From the NCBI GenBank assembly GCA_964016885.1, contig OZ024740.1:429164001-429228000 (forward strand): a DNA stretch of 64,000 bases, read 5' to 3'. This stretch comes from Eledone cirrhosa (taxonomy: Eukaryota). Shown one piece after another: positions 1 through 11,228 of this stretch. The notes under the pieces are model-generated. The model worked only from the letters and a program-made list of their open reading frames with translations, was not told the DNA's origin and made no database searches. The position numbers and the translations under genes are program-made. Numbering within the stretch: position 1 is the stretch's first letter; each line of letters opens with the position of its first letter.

Positions 1-251
1 AGACACAGATATATATAACTACACACATACATGCACATATACAACACTTACATACTAATATACATACAGATATACACATACATAGCTATATATACACATA
101 AATATATACAGACTTACATATATACATACAGACAAATACTTACGCATCTATATATCGGTATATACATACAAACACCACTACACTAACACACAACATAGAA
201 ATACAAAGAGAAAGGTATATACCTATACACACATACATATACAAATAGAAA

Positions 252-293
<42 letters not shown>

Positions 294-335
294 CACACAC
301 ATATACATATACATATATATATATATAAAACATAC

Positions 336-376
<41 letters not shown>

Positions 377-620
377 AATACACATACATACACATACAGA
401 TATATACACATACATACATGTACACACATATAGAAATATTTACGCATACATACATACACACATACATATAAAATCATACACACACATACATCTACACGAA
501 CATACACATACACATATATAAAGATATATATACACACACACACACACACACACGCAACACATACACACATACACATATATATAAAAAAAATAAATAATAA
601 AGATATATACATATATATAT

Positions 621-683
<63 letters not shown>

Positions 684-1120
684 CACATACACCTAAATAT
701 ACATACACATACATACACACATACATAGACATACATGTACATACATATACGTACATCGATATACATATATATATATGTGTATACACACACAGACATATAC
801 ATACATACACACACAACTTACATACACACATATATATACATGTATATTCATACATAGAATTAGAAATTTAATCATACATACATATGCACTTACTTATACT
901 CATATATACAAATACATACGCATCCATATATGCGTATATACATAAAAAAAAAAAAAAAAAAATCCCTACAACCACACATAACTCAGACATACAAATAAAA
1001 ATAATAATAAAAAGGCATATGTATATACATACACACACGCATTAATAGAGATATATATATACACACATACACATATATACATACACGCATTAATAGAGAT
1101 ATACATATACACACATACAC

Positions 1121-1188
<68 letters not shown>

Positions 1189-1290
1189 ACTCATACATAT
1201 ATATATATATATATATATACATAGATATCACACACTCATACCACCATAAATACACATACAAACACCCACATATACATATATATACACACG

Positions 1291-1326
<36 letters not shown>

Positions 1327-1451
1327 TAAAAAACAGACATGCACATATATATATATATTTTTTTACATTTATATATACATATATTATATACATATACACA
1401 ACATCACTTATACACACATACACATAAGTTATATTATAATAATAAAAAATA

Positions 1452-1482
<31 letters not shown>

Positions 1483-1497
1483 TATATATATATATAT

Positions 1498-1542
<45 letters not shown>

Positions 1543-1602
1543 CAAACATATACACACACATATACACACATATGAATATAGACATATATTCACACATAGA
1601 CA

Positions 1603-1662
<60 letters not shown>

Positions 1663-2160
1663 TACATATACACAGACACATATACACACTCACATATAAA
1701 TATGTGTGCATACACACACGCATATATACATACATACACATATATACACATAAACACATATATGTGCATACATGCACATACACACACATATATCACATAG
1801 ATACGGAGATAGACATATAAATAGAGAGACATACATATATATACACAACACACATACACACACATACATACACACGCTTATATATATATATATACATATA
1901 TATATACATATATATATTCCTATATATACACATATACACATATACATACACATATATACACATACATACACATATACGTACACACATTCGCATACACATA
2001 CATATATACATGCATATATACACACATATACATACATACACACACTCATATATACACAACGCAATCTTACATTCATATTTGCATGCGCATATATGTATTT
2101 TTATATTTAGATATAAATACCCAAACCTATATAGACACCTACCTACATATATATTCATAC
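1..2160. repeat. Compound (CA)n/(TA)n/(TACA)n microsatellite field
   Basis: Almost pure alternating purine-pyrimidine sequence; ORFs here are Y/I/C/V/M or H/T/Y dipeptide artefacts. Confidence 0.97.
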
Positions 2161-3305
2161 ATAGACGCTTACAAATACAGATGATAATAGTATGGGGGAA
2201 AGGGGGGGTTTGGAGAAAGGGATCAAGGTAAATATATGTTTCAAGAAATATAGGATATTTTCCGTATCTTTATCCAATGTATGTTTTTACATATTTTCAG
2301 TGTTAGGAAATACAACAAACAAAAACTAAGGCAAAATCTATGCATCTCAAAATAAACAAGTATACCATTAATTATATGTTAACTAAACCAAAGATAGTTA
2401 ACATATTGATTTCTAAGGTGTAAATTAGTTAGGTTTATAATATTTGAAGCGGAATTTTGAAGTTAAATAGTAGTAGAGTATTAATTACAGTAAAACTAAA
2501 ATTAAAGTTAATAACGTTATGGTATCAATATTAGGAAATGAAATTAGTAATAGGGAAAAAAACAAGTAAAATAAAGTAGTACATCGGTAGTAGAATATAA
2601 ATTATAGGTTAACTAAATTAAAAATTATATATTTATTTCTATAGTATATGTTAATTAGGTATACAATACATAAAGCAGATATTGTATTTCATCAATAGCA
2701 TAATATAATTATATGCAAATAGAAATCAAAATTAATACGCACATATATACATATACATACACATACATATATACATATATATACACACACATATATATAC
2801 ATATATATACATATATACACACATACATACACACACACATACACATATACATATACATATACATATCTTTTTCAAAAAATTGCATAGAATATATTAACTA
2901 GGTATATATCCAAAACACTTCCCATTCTATGATTACATGACATTCTGCAATTCGTCTGTATAAGGATACTAATTTTAAGCAAATTAAAATTAAATTTTTA
3001 GGTTGATTAAAACTAAAACCAAATTATAAATATAATTCTAAAATGTATATTAATTAGGTCAATAATACTAAAAATTATTTCTCTGTCGTTGGATACACGA
3101 TATTATTTTGTTATATTTTATCTGTAAAAGAATTATAATAAGAATAATAAAAGGTTTAAATAAGTTAAAATTAATCTATAAATTATATTACTAAGTATAT
3201 ATTAGTAATATTTAAAGGTTTTTCACAATTTATGATTACATAATATTTTATATTTTGATCTGTAATAAAATTTTAATTAAATTAAATTTATAGGTTAACT
3301 AACAT

Positions 3306-5777
3306 TTAAATTAAATTAATTTCTAAAATAATGTTGTTAATTAGGTTTATAATATTTAAATGTTTTTTTAGTTTATGATTACACGATATAATTAATTCCT
3401 GTCGTTTATTTAATAAGATATCCTTAGACTTCATTATTTCAAATAGTTCTTGGGAACATAATCTACATTCATTTCTATTATTTTGATAAGGGGTGGCTCT
3501 TTTGAGCACACTCCAGGTCAAATCATATTTTATATTCTTATTTTTATAACTATTGATTTTTTCAGCTAGAGATGTTGTATTAGCCAGTGCGGCATTTTTA
3601 AAACTATGCTTGTGGGTATTAAACCTTGTCTTAAAATTGTTAGAGGTAGCTCCTATATATGAGCAAATAGAATCTTTAGTTTTAACATTACATTTATAGA
3701 CTATGTTGTTAACAAGACAATTCCCTTTTAATGGGCAGTTTGCTTTGTTTCTACAGTTACATCCTTTCGTTAATTCTGTATTTGAGGAGGTATTATGGTT
3801 AATTTGATGTACTGGTGGTATACTTATGGTTTTCTTACATTTATATGCATTATATGCACTTATATTTTGTTTTATGTTATTTGTTGTAGAGTATGAGAAT
3901 TTAACTGTAGACCTATTTAAGATTTGATGGTATTTGTGGTTTGGCGGGAAGTTTTTCTCAAGGATATAAAAAAATTTTTTAGCAATATTATCCTTAACTT
4001 GTAAATTAAAAGGAGCATTATACCAAGTAACCCGTCTATTACGGTTTCTATGTTGTTTATTATTTTTATTATTTTTATAGGTTGTATCGTGATTTTTACT
4101 AGGAGGATTAATGTTAATGATCTCACCACGACTATTTTTAGTTATATTTGTAGATTTAGGTGTTTTATCCTTTTTATTAGGAGTTTTATTATTAATATTT
4201 ATTGGAGTTGTATGATGAGTAGTTTTTTGAGAGTTACTATACTTTATATTAGAAGATTTGGTATTTTGGGGTATAGTGTGGGTGGCATTTAGGTGTGTAC
4301 TTTTCATTTGGTGTTTGTTGGTAATATTATGTTGTATGCTTTCAGTATTTTTAGTAGAAGGTATATACTCTAATTTATTTTTGTGGCCACTTCTATCTAG
4401 AGCTTCGTTATAGAAGGTCGCATTTTTATCAAATACATCTTGGTTAGAAGAAAGGTTAGAAATTCTAAGTGATATATTATATGCAAGGTTTTTAAGGATA
4501 GATTTAGGGTGATTAGATTGTGAGTGTATGTAATGTAAGTTTTGGTTAGGTTTATGGTAAGGTTGGTAGATACCCGTAGCTAAATCTAAAGTTATATCTA
4601 GGAAATTTACTACTTTACTTGTTTTTTCAAAAGTAATATTAAGATTATAATAGTCTTTAAGGAAAGTTCTAATATGTTTTTTGTTTTTTTCAATTTCTGA
4701 AAGGCTAAGGTTTTTAGAAAGAAGAAGACAGTCATCACGATATAAACCACCTTTGAGGTGGGGAAAAGAGGCATTTATGTTGAAAAGGAGAAAGAGGCCC
4801 ACAAGATCAGTAATTTGGGCGGAATCGCTTGAACCCATAGTAATATCAAAAAGATTACTGTATGTGTTTCTGGTCCAGTATTCATTCTGAAATTCAATAA
4901 GTGTTAGTCTAGCATGTGTAATAATGTTAATGTCATCCAAAGTTAAATTAGATCTATTTTTAGCAAATATCAATGCTTTGTTCAGGAGTATAGGTGATAT
5001 AGAAGAATAGTAATTATCTATATCAAATTGTAGGAAAGAAGCAGAAGATTTACACCTAATATTTTTAAACCAGTTAATTACCTGGGAGGTGTTTTCCCAG
5101 AGTGGTAAAGTAACGTGTTTTTTTATTTGTGGGATGACTCTATCTAAAATTTTTTTGCTAATTATTCCAATATCTGATTTGGAGGGACATATCAGTCTAA
5201 TAGAAGGATTTGAGTTAAAGTTAGATTTGTGATCTTTCAGGTTGAAGTGTGGTCTTTTCAATGCCAAAGGTTCAGTTCTATCTTCAATGTTTAGTTTTTT
5301 TACTATGTTGTGTGTTTTGTTGTTGATGTTGGTGAGTGACACATTATTAGATTTTTTATAATTTTTTCTGAGTTCTTTATATATGAACTCGTTATAATGT
5401 TCAATATCCATATGATACAAGTTACCAGTTTTGTCCGAGTGGACATGGATTTTTTTAGACTTTTTTAGGTCCAATAGGGTAGAATCAAGGTCCTTTTGAA
5501 AGACGGATTTATACTTTTTAAATTTGAGGTGTTTAATTAAATTAAAAAGGTCTTTCTCGAAGTCTTCAAGTAAAAAGTTGTGTGGTGGATTCTTGTAAGT
5601 ATTGAAATCATACATATATTTCCGATCTGCTTGTTTAGATTTTCTATCGAAGTGGTAGGCTCTCCATCTAACCCTTCTGATAAAATTATTAGTTTTCTGA
5701 ATCATAAGGAGTAAGAAGTCATCCTTAGAAGGTATTGGTATGTTTTTTAAGGAGGTTCCTAAATATTGTTTTTCCAT
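3306..5777 (-). CDS. Penelope-like retroelement polyprotein (reverse transcriptase + C-terminal GIY-YIG endonuclease), Naiad-like; 823 aa from the first ATG
   Basis: Uninterrupted ORF (track 3306..5798 starts at TTG; first ATG at 5777). N-terminal SLKNIPIPSK...FIRRVRWRAYHF; RT motifs FDIDNYYSSI, ITMGSSDSAQ, LYRDD, VNFLDITLDL, YHKPN...YIHSQSNHP; CNCRNKANCPLKGNC; GIY-YIG IVYKC...YIGATSNNFKTRFNTHKHSF; C-terminal CRLC...LLNKRQELIISCNH. YRDD and these Cys clusters match my recollection of Naiad PLEs. Confidence 0.9.
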   Translation of the reverse strand: MEKQYLGTSLKNIPIPSKDDFLLLMIQKTNNFIRRVRWRAYHFDRKSKQADRKYMYDFNTYKNPPHNFLLEDFEKDLFNLIKHLKFKKYKSVFQKDLDSTLLDLKKSKKIHVHSDKTGNLYHMDIEHYNEFIYKELRKNYKKSNNVSLTNINNKTHNIVKKLNIEDRTEPLALKRPHFNLKDHKSNFNSNPSIRLICPSKSDIGIISKKILDRVIPQIKKHVTLPLWENTSQVINWFKNIRCKSSASFLQFDIDNYYSSISPILLNKALIFAKNRSNLTLDDINIITHARLTLIEFQNEYWTRNTYSNLFDITMGSSDSAQITDLVGLFLLFNINASFPHLKGGLYRDDCLLLSKNLSLSEIEKNKKHIRTFLKDYYNLNITFEKTSKVVNFLDITLDLATGIYQPYHKPNQNLHYIHSQSNHPKSILKNLAYNISLRISNLSSNQDVFDKNATFYNEALDRSGHKNKLEYIPSTKNTESIQHNITNKHQMKSTHLNATHTIPQNTKSSNIKYSNSQKTTHHTTPININNKTPNKKDKTPKSTNITKNSRGEIININPPSKNHDTTYKNNKNNKQHRNRNRRVTWYNAPFNLQVKDNIAKKFFYILEKNFPPNHKYHQILNRSTVKFSYSTTNNIKQNISAYNAYKCKKTISIPPVHQINHNTSSNTELTKGCNCRNKANCPLKGNCLVNNIVYKCNVKTKDSICSYIGATSNNFKTRFNTHKHSFKNAALANTTSLAEKINSYKNKNIKYDLTWSVLKRATPYQNNRNECRLCSQELFEIMKSKDILLNKRQELIISCNHKLKKHLNIINLINNIILEINLI

Positions 5778-6068
5778 TGTGATATGGATGATGGACAATT
5801 GAAAGAGCTCAACTAAATGTATATGGGTTTACAAAATCATACATATATATATATATATATACTTAAATATAAAATTAATACACACATACAGTACAAAAAT
5901 ACGAATATTTCTGTGAAAATAGGAGCAAAATTATGTAGATAAATCTACCAAGAGTTTACGGTAGTGTCCAATCCGTATGAAGAACTCAATGTATTCCGGA
6001 TATCATGGAAAGAAGAGATGTAATGAAAAACCACTTTCGGTGAAAGATAAACGGTATACAGAGTCAAG

Positions 6069-6858
6069 ATAAAATATTAAACAAATAATGAATAAACAAT
6101 TCCTTATATTAAACAAAAAAAGTTCATTATTTAACGATCGTTTCTAGGATATATATGTGTGATAGAATTGGTATGCATATTCAACATATATTGGTATGCA
6201 TATTCAACATGTATGTTCGTGGTTATGTGTATATTTATGCATATACGCGCGTGTATGTGTGATTGTACGGATGTGAGTGAGTATGAAAAAATATATTTAT
6301 ATGCTTAATTTCATAAGTGTCAATACGCATCTTATTTGTACATTATAAACTCACAGAGACATTAACCTTGAAATTTTGTATTTGCATCCATCCTTTTAGT
6401 ATGCGTATACAAATTATACATACATTTTTGTAAAATATGTGTAAGGGTTTTACATGTATATACACACACCGAACTGCATTTAACCCTTTGTGTTTTCATT
6501 GGTCAATTTTTGTTCCCAAACGGACCTGAAATTTTGAATTGTTGTTATTATCAATAAATATACTTCATTATTTCTGAAGACGGCGTATATATGTGTTTGG
6601 TATGTATATTTAATCTTGATAATTTGTATAATTTTGTATAATTTTGTACATAGATCTTCATTATTTCTGAAGACGGCGTATATATGTGTTTGGTATGTAT
6701 ATTTAATCTTGATAATTTGTATAATTTTGTATAATTTTGTACATAGATCTGTTGAATATGCATACCAATTCTATCACACATATATATCCTAGAAACGATC
6801 GTTAAATAATGAACTTTTTTTGTTTAATATAAGGAATTGTTTATTCATTATTTGTTTA

Positions 6859-6867
<9 letters not shown>
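6069..6867. repeat. ~118-bp inverted repeat (6069-6186 / 6750-6867) enclosing a 93-bp tandem duplication (6563-6748)
   Basis: ataaaatattaaacaaataatg...gtatgcatattcaaca is the reverse complement of tgttgaatatgcatac...tttgtttaatattttat; cttcattatttctgaagacggcg... starts at 6563 and again at 6656. Confidence 0.93.
6657..6813 (+). ncRNA. Type I hammerhead ribozyme motif with very long stem II
   Basis: Stem I TTCATTATTT (6657-6666) / AAATAATGAA (6804-6813), 10 bp perfect; CTGAAGA 6667-6673; GAAA 6792-6795; palindromic stem III CGATCG; cleavage triplet GTT. Stem II pairs gtatatatgtgt/acacatatatat and ttggtatgtatatttaa/ttgaatatgcataccaa; its closing pair is imperfect. Confidence 0.72.
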
Positions 6868-6909
<42 letters not shown>

Positions 6910-7007
6910 GCATATATATATATATGCATATATATATGCATGTATACATGTGTGTACATGTAATTATGTATATATACACGTTAGATGCTATAAGCTGAAA
7001 TTTAAGA

Positions 7008-7782
7008 GATGGTGGTGGTGGTGGTAGTGGTGGTGGTCGTCGATGTGGTGGTGGTGGTGATGGTGGTGGTAGTGGTAGTGGTGGTGGTGGTGGTGATGTT
7101 GGTGTTGGTGGTGGTGGTGGTGGTGGTGGTGGTGATGTTGGTGTTGGTGGTGGTGGTGGTGATGTTGGTGTTGGTGGTGGTGGTGGTGATGGTGGTGGTG
7201 GTGGTGTTGGTGGTGGTAGTGGTGGTGGTGGTGGTGTTGGTGTTGGTGGTGGTAGTGGTGGTGGTGGTGGTGGCGTTGGTGGTGGTGGTGGTGGTGGTGG
7301 TGGTGGTGGTGGTGGTGGTGGTTGTAGTGGTGGTGGTGGTGGTGGTGTTGGTGGTGGTGGTGGTGGTGGTGGTGGTGGTGGTGGTGGTGGTAGTGGTGGT
7401 GACGATGATGATGGTGATGATGATGTTAACGATTTTGGACTTTGGATGATGATGGTGGTGATGAAGGTGATGATGGTGATGATGATGATGATGGTGATGG
7501 TGATGGTAGTAATGGTGATAGTGGTGATGGTGATGGTGGTGATGGTGATGGTGATGATGATGATGGTGGTGATGGTGATGGTGGTAATGGTGATGGTGAT
7601 GATGATGGTGGTGATGGTGATGGTGATGATGATGATGGTGGTGATGGTGATGGTGGTAATGGTGATGGTGATGATGGTGGTGATGGTGATGGTGGTAATG
7701 GTGATGGTGATGGTGATGATGGTGGTGATGGTGATGGTGGTAATGGTGATGGTGGTGATGGTGATGGTAGTGATGGTGATGA
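7008..7782. repeat. (GGT)n then (GAT/GGT)n trinucleotide repeats
   Basis: Directly visible; yields poly-V/P/H/T/D pseudo-ORFs. Confidence 0.96.
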
Positions 7783-7879
7783 GGAAGGTGTCGTGGAAGA
7801 TCAATATAAGGAAGGCAAAGGAAGGAAGTGTGTTGGAGGGGGGAGTGATGCAATCGTGTGTTTGGTGTGAAGAAGGAAG

Positions 7880-8056
7880 GAGAAACTGAGGGAAGAGTTC
7901 ATTGACATTGGTTGGTCAAGATGGTTGTGTGACGTCACGGAAACGGCATCTCGTCCGCTGACTCGGTTGCTAGGTAACGTCACGTCACGTCAGACGTTCA
8001 GAGACCGCTTCAAGATTGATTGGGTTGACGTGTCACTTCTCAGAGTTGGCGGGGTG
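7880..8056. promoter_or_regulatory. Promoter-like island: CRE, RFX X-box, two CCAAT boxes, E2F/GC-like site
   Basis: TGACGTCA 7930-7937 followed by CGGAAA; GTTGCTAGGTAAC 7966-7978; ACGTCACGTCACGTCA half-CREs 7977-7992; ATTGG 7907-7911 and 8019-8023; TTGGCGGG 8046-8053; CpG-rich relative to the surrounding DNA. Direction and target gene unknown. Confidence 0.5.
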
Positions 8057-8129
8057 GTAGAGGTAGTGGTAGTGGTGAGGGTGGTAGTGGTTGGAGGTGT
8101 GGGAAGGGGGTATTAGGGGGGAGGGTTTA

Positions 8130-11100
8130 GTGGTGGTGGTGGTAGTGGTGTAGTGTGGTGTGGTGTGGTGTGGTGTGGTGTGGTGTGGTGTGGTGTAGTG
8201 TAGTGTGGTGTGGTGTGGTGTGGTGTGGTGTGGTGTGGTGTGGTGTGGTGTGGTTTGGTGTGATGTTGTGTGGTGTCGTGTCGTGCGGTATGGTGTGGTG
8301 TAGTGTGGTGTAGTGTGGTGGTGGCAGTGGTGTAGTGACGTGTGATGTAGTGTAGTGTGGTGTGGTGTGGTGTAGTGTAGTGTGGTGTGGGGTTGTGTGG
8401 TGTGGTGTAGTGTGGTGTAGTGTGGTGTGGTGTGGTATGGTGTTGTGTAGTGTGTTGTGGTGTGGTGCGGTGTGGTGTGTTGTGGTGTGGTGTGGTGTAG
8501 TGGGGTGTAGTGTGGTGTGGTGTGCTGTGATGTGGCGTGGTGTAGTGTAGTGTGGTGTGGTGTTGTGTGGTGTGGTGTGGTGTAGTGTGGTGTTGTGTGG
8601 TGTGGTGTTGTGTGGTGTGGTGTGGTGTAGTGTGGTGTTGTGTGGTCTGGTGTGGTGTAGTGTAGTGTGGTGTGGTGTGGTGTGGTGGGATGTGGTGTGG
8701 TGTAGTGTGGTGTGGTGTGGTGTGGTGTGGTGTAGTGTGGTGTGGTGAGGTGTGGTGTGGTGTGGTGTGGTGTGGTGTGGTGTAGTGTGGTGTGGTGAGG
8801 TGTGGTGTGGTGTGGTGTGGTGTGGTGTGGTGAGGTGTGATGTGGTGGGGTGTGGTGTAGTGTGGTGTGGTGTAGTGTAGTATAGTGTGGTGTGGTGTTG
8901 TGTGGTGTGGTGTAGTGTGGTGTGGTGTGGTGTGGTGTGGTGTGGTGTGGTGTAGTGTGGTGTGGTGTTGTGTGGTGTGGTGTGGTGTAGTGTGGTGTTG
9001 TGTGGTGTGGTGTTGTGTGGTGTGGTGTGGTGTAGTGTGGTGTTGTGTGGTCTGGTGTGGTGTAGTGTAGTGTGGTGTGGTGTGGTCTGGTGTAGTGTAG
9101 TGTGGTGTAGTGTGGTGTGGTGTGGTGTGGTGTGGTGTGGTGTGGTGTGGTGTGGTGTGGTGTAGTGTGGTGTAGTGTAGTGTGGTGTAGTCTGGTGTGG
9201 TGTGTTGTGGTGTGGTGTAGTGTGGTGTGGTGTGGTGTGGTGTGGTGTGGTGTGGTGTGGTGAGGTGTGGTGTGGTGTGGTGTGGTGTAGTGTAGTGTAG
9301 TGTGGTGTGGTGAGGTGTGGTGTGGTGTGGTGTAGTGTGGTGTGGTGTAGTGTAGTGTGGTGTGGTGTTGTGTAGTGTGGTGTGGTGTGGTGTGGTGTAG
9401 TGTGGTGTGGTGTGGTGTGGTGTGGTCTGGTGTAGTGTAGTGTGGTGTAGTGTGGTGTGGTGTGGTGTGGTGTGGTGTGGTGTGGTGTGGTGTGGTGTGG
9501 TGTAGTGTGGTGTAGTGTAGTGTGGTGTAGTCTGGTGTGGTGTGTTGTGGTGTGGTGTAGTGTGGTGTGGTGTGGTGTGGTGTGGTGTGGTGTGGTGTGG
9601 TGTGGTGAGGTGTGGTGTGGTGTGGTGTGGTGTGGTGTGGTGTGCTGTGGTGTGGTGTGCTGTGGTGTAGTGTGGTGTGGTGTGGTGTAGTGTGGTGTGG
9701 TGTAGTGTGGTGTAGTGTGGTGTGGTGTGTTGTGGTTTGGTGTGGTGTAGTGTGGTGTGGTGTGATGTGGTGTGGTGTAGTGTGGTGTGGTGTGGTGTGG
9801 TGTGGTGTGGTGTGGTGTGGTGAGGTGTGATGTGGTGGGGTGTGGTGTAGTGTGGTGTGGTGTAGTGTAGTATAGTGTGGTGTGGTGTTGTGTAGTGTTG
9901 TGTGGTGTGGTGTGGTGTGGTATGGTGTAGTGTGGTGTGGTGTAGTGTAGTGTGGTGTAGTGTGGTGTAGTGTGGTGTTGTTGTTGTGTAGTGTGGTGTG
10001 GTGTAGTGTGGTGTGGTCTAGTGTGGTGTGGTGTGCTGTGGTGTGGTGTGGTGTGGTGTGCTGTGGTGTGGCGTGGTGGTGGGGGGGGGGGGGGGGTGTA
10101 GTGTGGGGGGTTGTAGTGTGGTGTGGTGTGATGTGGTGTAGTGTAGTTAAGTATAGTGTGGTGTGGTGTGGTGTGGCGTAGTGTTGTTTAGTGTAGTGTG
10201 GTGTGGTGTGGTGTAGTGTAGTTTAGTGTAGTATAGTGTGGTGTGCTGTAGTGTAGTGCGGTATGGTGTGGTGTGGTGTAGTGTGGTGTGGTGTGGTGTA
10301 GTGTAGTGTGGTGTGGTGTAGTGTGGTGTGGTGTAGTGTAGTTTAGTGTAGTGTAGTGTGGTGTTGTGTGGTGTAGTGTGGTATGGTGTGGTGTGGTGTG
10401 GTGTAGTGTAGTGTGGTGTGGTGTGGTGTGGTGTGGTGTAATGTAGTCTGGTGTGGTGTGGTGTAGTGTAGTGTGGTGTGGTGTAGTGTAGTTTATTGTA
10501 GTGTAGAGTGGTGTGGTGTTGTGTGGTATGGTGTAGCGTAGTGTGGTGTAGTGTAGTGTAGTGTAGTGTGGTGTGGTGTACTGTAGTGTGGTGTAGTGTA
10601 GTGTAGTGTAGTGTAGTGTAGTGTAGTGTAGTGTAGTGTAGTTTAGTGTAGTGTGGTGTGGTGTTGTGTGGTATGGTGTAGTGTGGTGTAGTGTGGTGTA
10701 GTGTGGTGTGTTGTAGTGTGGTGTAGTGTGGTGTAGTGTAGTGTGGTGTGGGGAGGTGTAGTGTAGTGTAGTGTAGTGTAGTGTGGTGTGGTGTTGTATG
10801 GTGTAGTGTAGTTTAGTGTAGTGTTGTGTGGTGTAGTGTGGTGTAGTGTAGTTTAGTGTGGTGTAGTGTAGTGTGGTGTAGTGTAGTGTGGTGTAGTGTG
10901 GTGTGGTGTGGTGTAGTGTGGTGTGTTGTAGTGTGGTGTAGTGTGGTGTAGTGTAGTGTGGTGTGGGGAGGTGTAGTGTAGTGTAGTATAGTGTAGTGTG
11001 GTGTGGTGTTGTATGGTGTAGTGTAGTTTAGTGTAGTGTTGTGTGGTGTAGTGTGGTGTAGTGTAGTTTAGTGTGGTGTAGTGTAGTGTGGTGTAGTGTA

Positions 11101-11180
11101 GTGTGGTGTAGTGTGGTGTAGTGTGGTCTGGTGTGGTGTTGTGTAGTGTAGTGTAGTGTAGTGTAGTGTGGTCTGGTGGT
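8130..11180. repeat. ~3-kb pentanucleotide array (TGTGG/TGTAG)n
   Basis: Period-5 repeat; TGTGG dominates on the left, TGTAG on the right. Confidence 0.97.
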
Positions 11181-11228
11181 TCTAAGAGACAGGTAGAGTC
11201 GTCTGGAGTTCTAGAGGGTGAGAAGTAG

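Larger units (their letters stand above)
2200..6867 (-). mobile_element. Naiad-like PLE, approximate extent including AT-rich 3' region and upstream fold-back
   Basis: RT/GIY-YIG ORF plus AT-rich flanks, bounded by CA/TA microsatellite on the left and (TA)n from ~6866 on the right. Left boundary uncertain; linkage of the fold-back to the ORF is inferred from position. Confidence 0.6.

Noticed and set aside
140-2231. Many overlapping Y/I/C/V/M- and H/T-rich ORFs (also 47527-49700)
   Set aside because: Translations of dinucleotide microsatellites lacking stops by composition.
2225-2290. Possible decayed hammerhead at the Naiad-like 3' end (ggataaa...gaaacatatat, minus)
   Set aside because: Core too degenerate and stem I not found.
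6848-7889. Poly-Pro/His/Thr/Val/Asp ORFs resembling extensin, formin or His-rich proteins
   Set aside because: Open in nearly all frames because of (GGT)/(GAT) repeats; no flanking domain or splice support.
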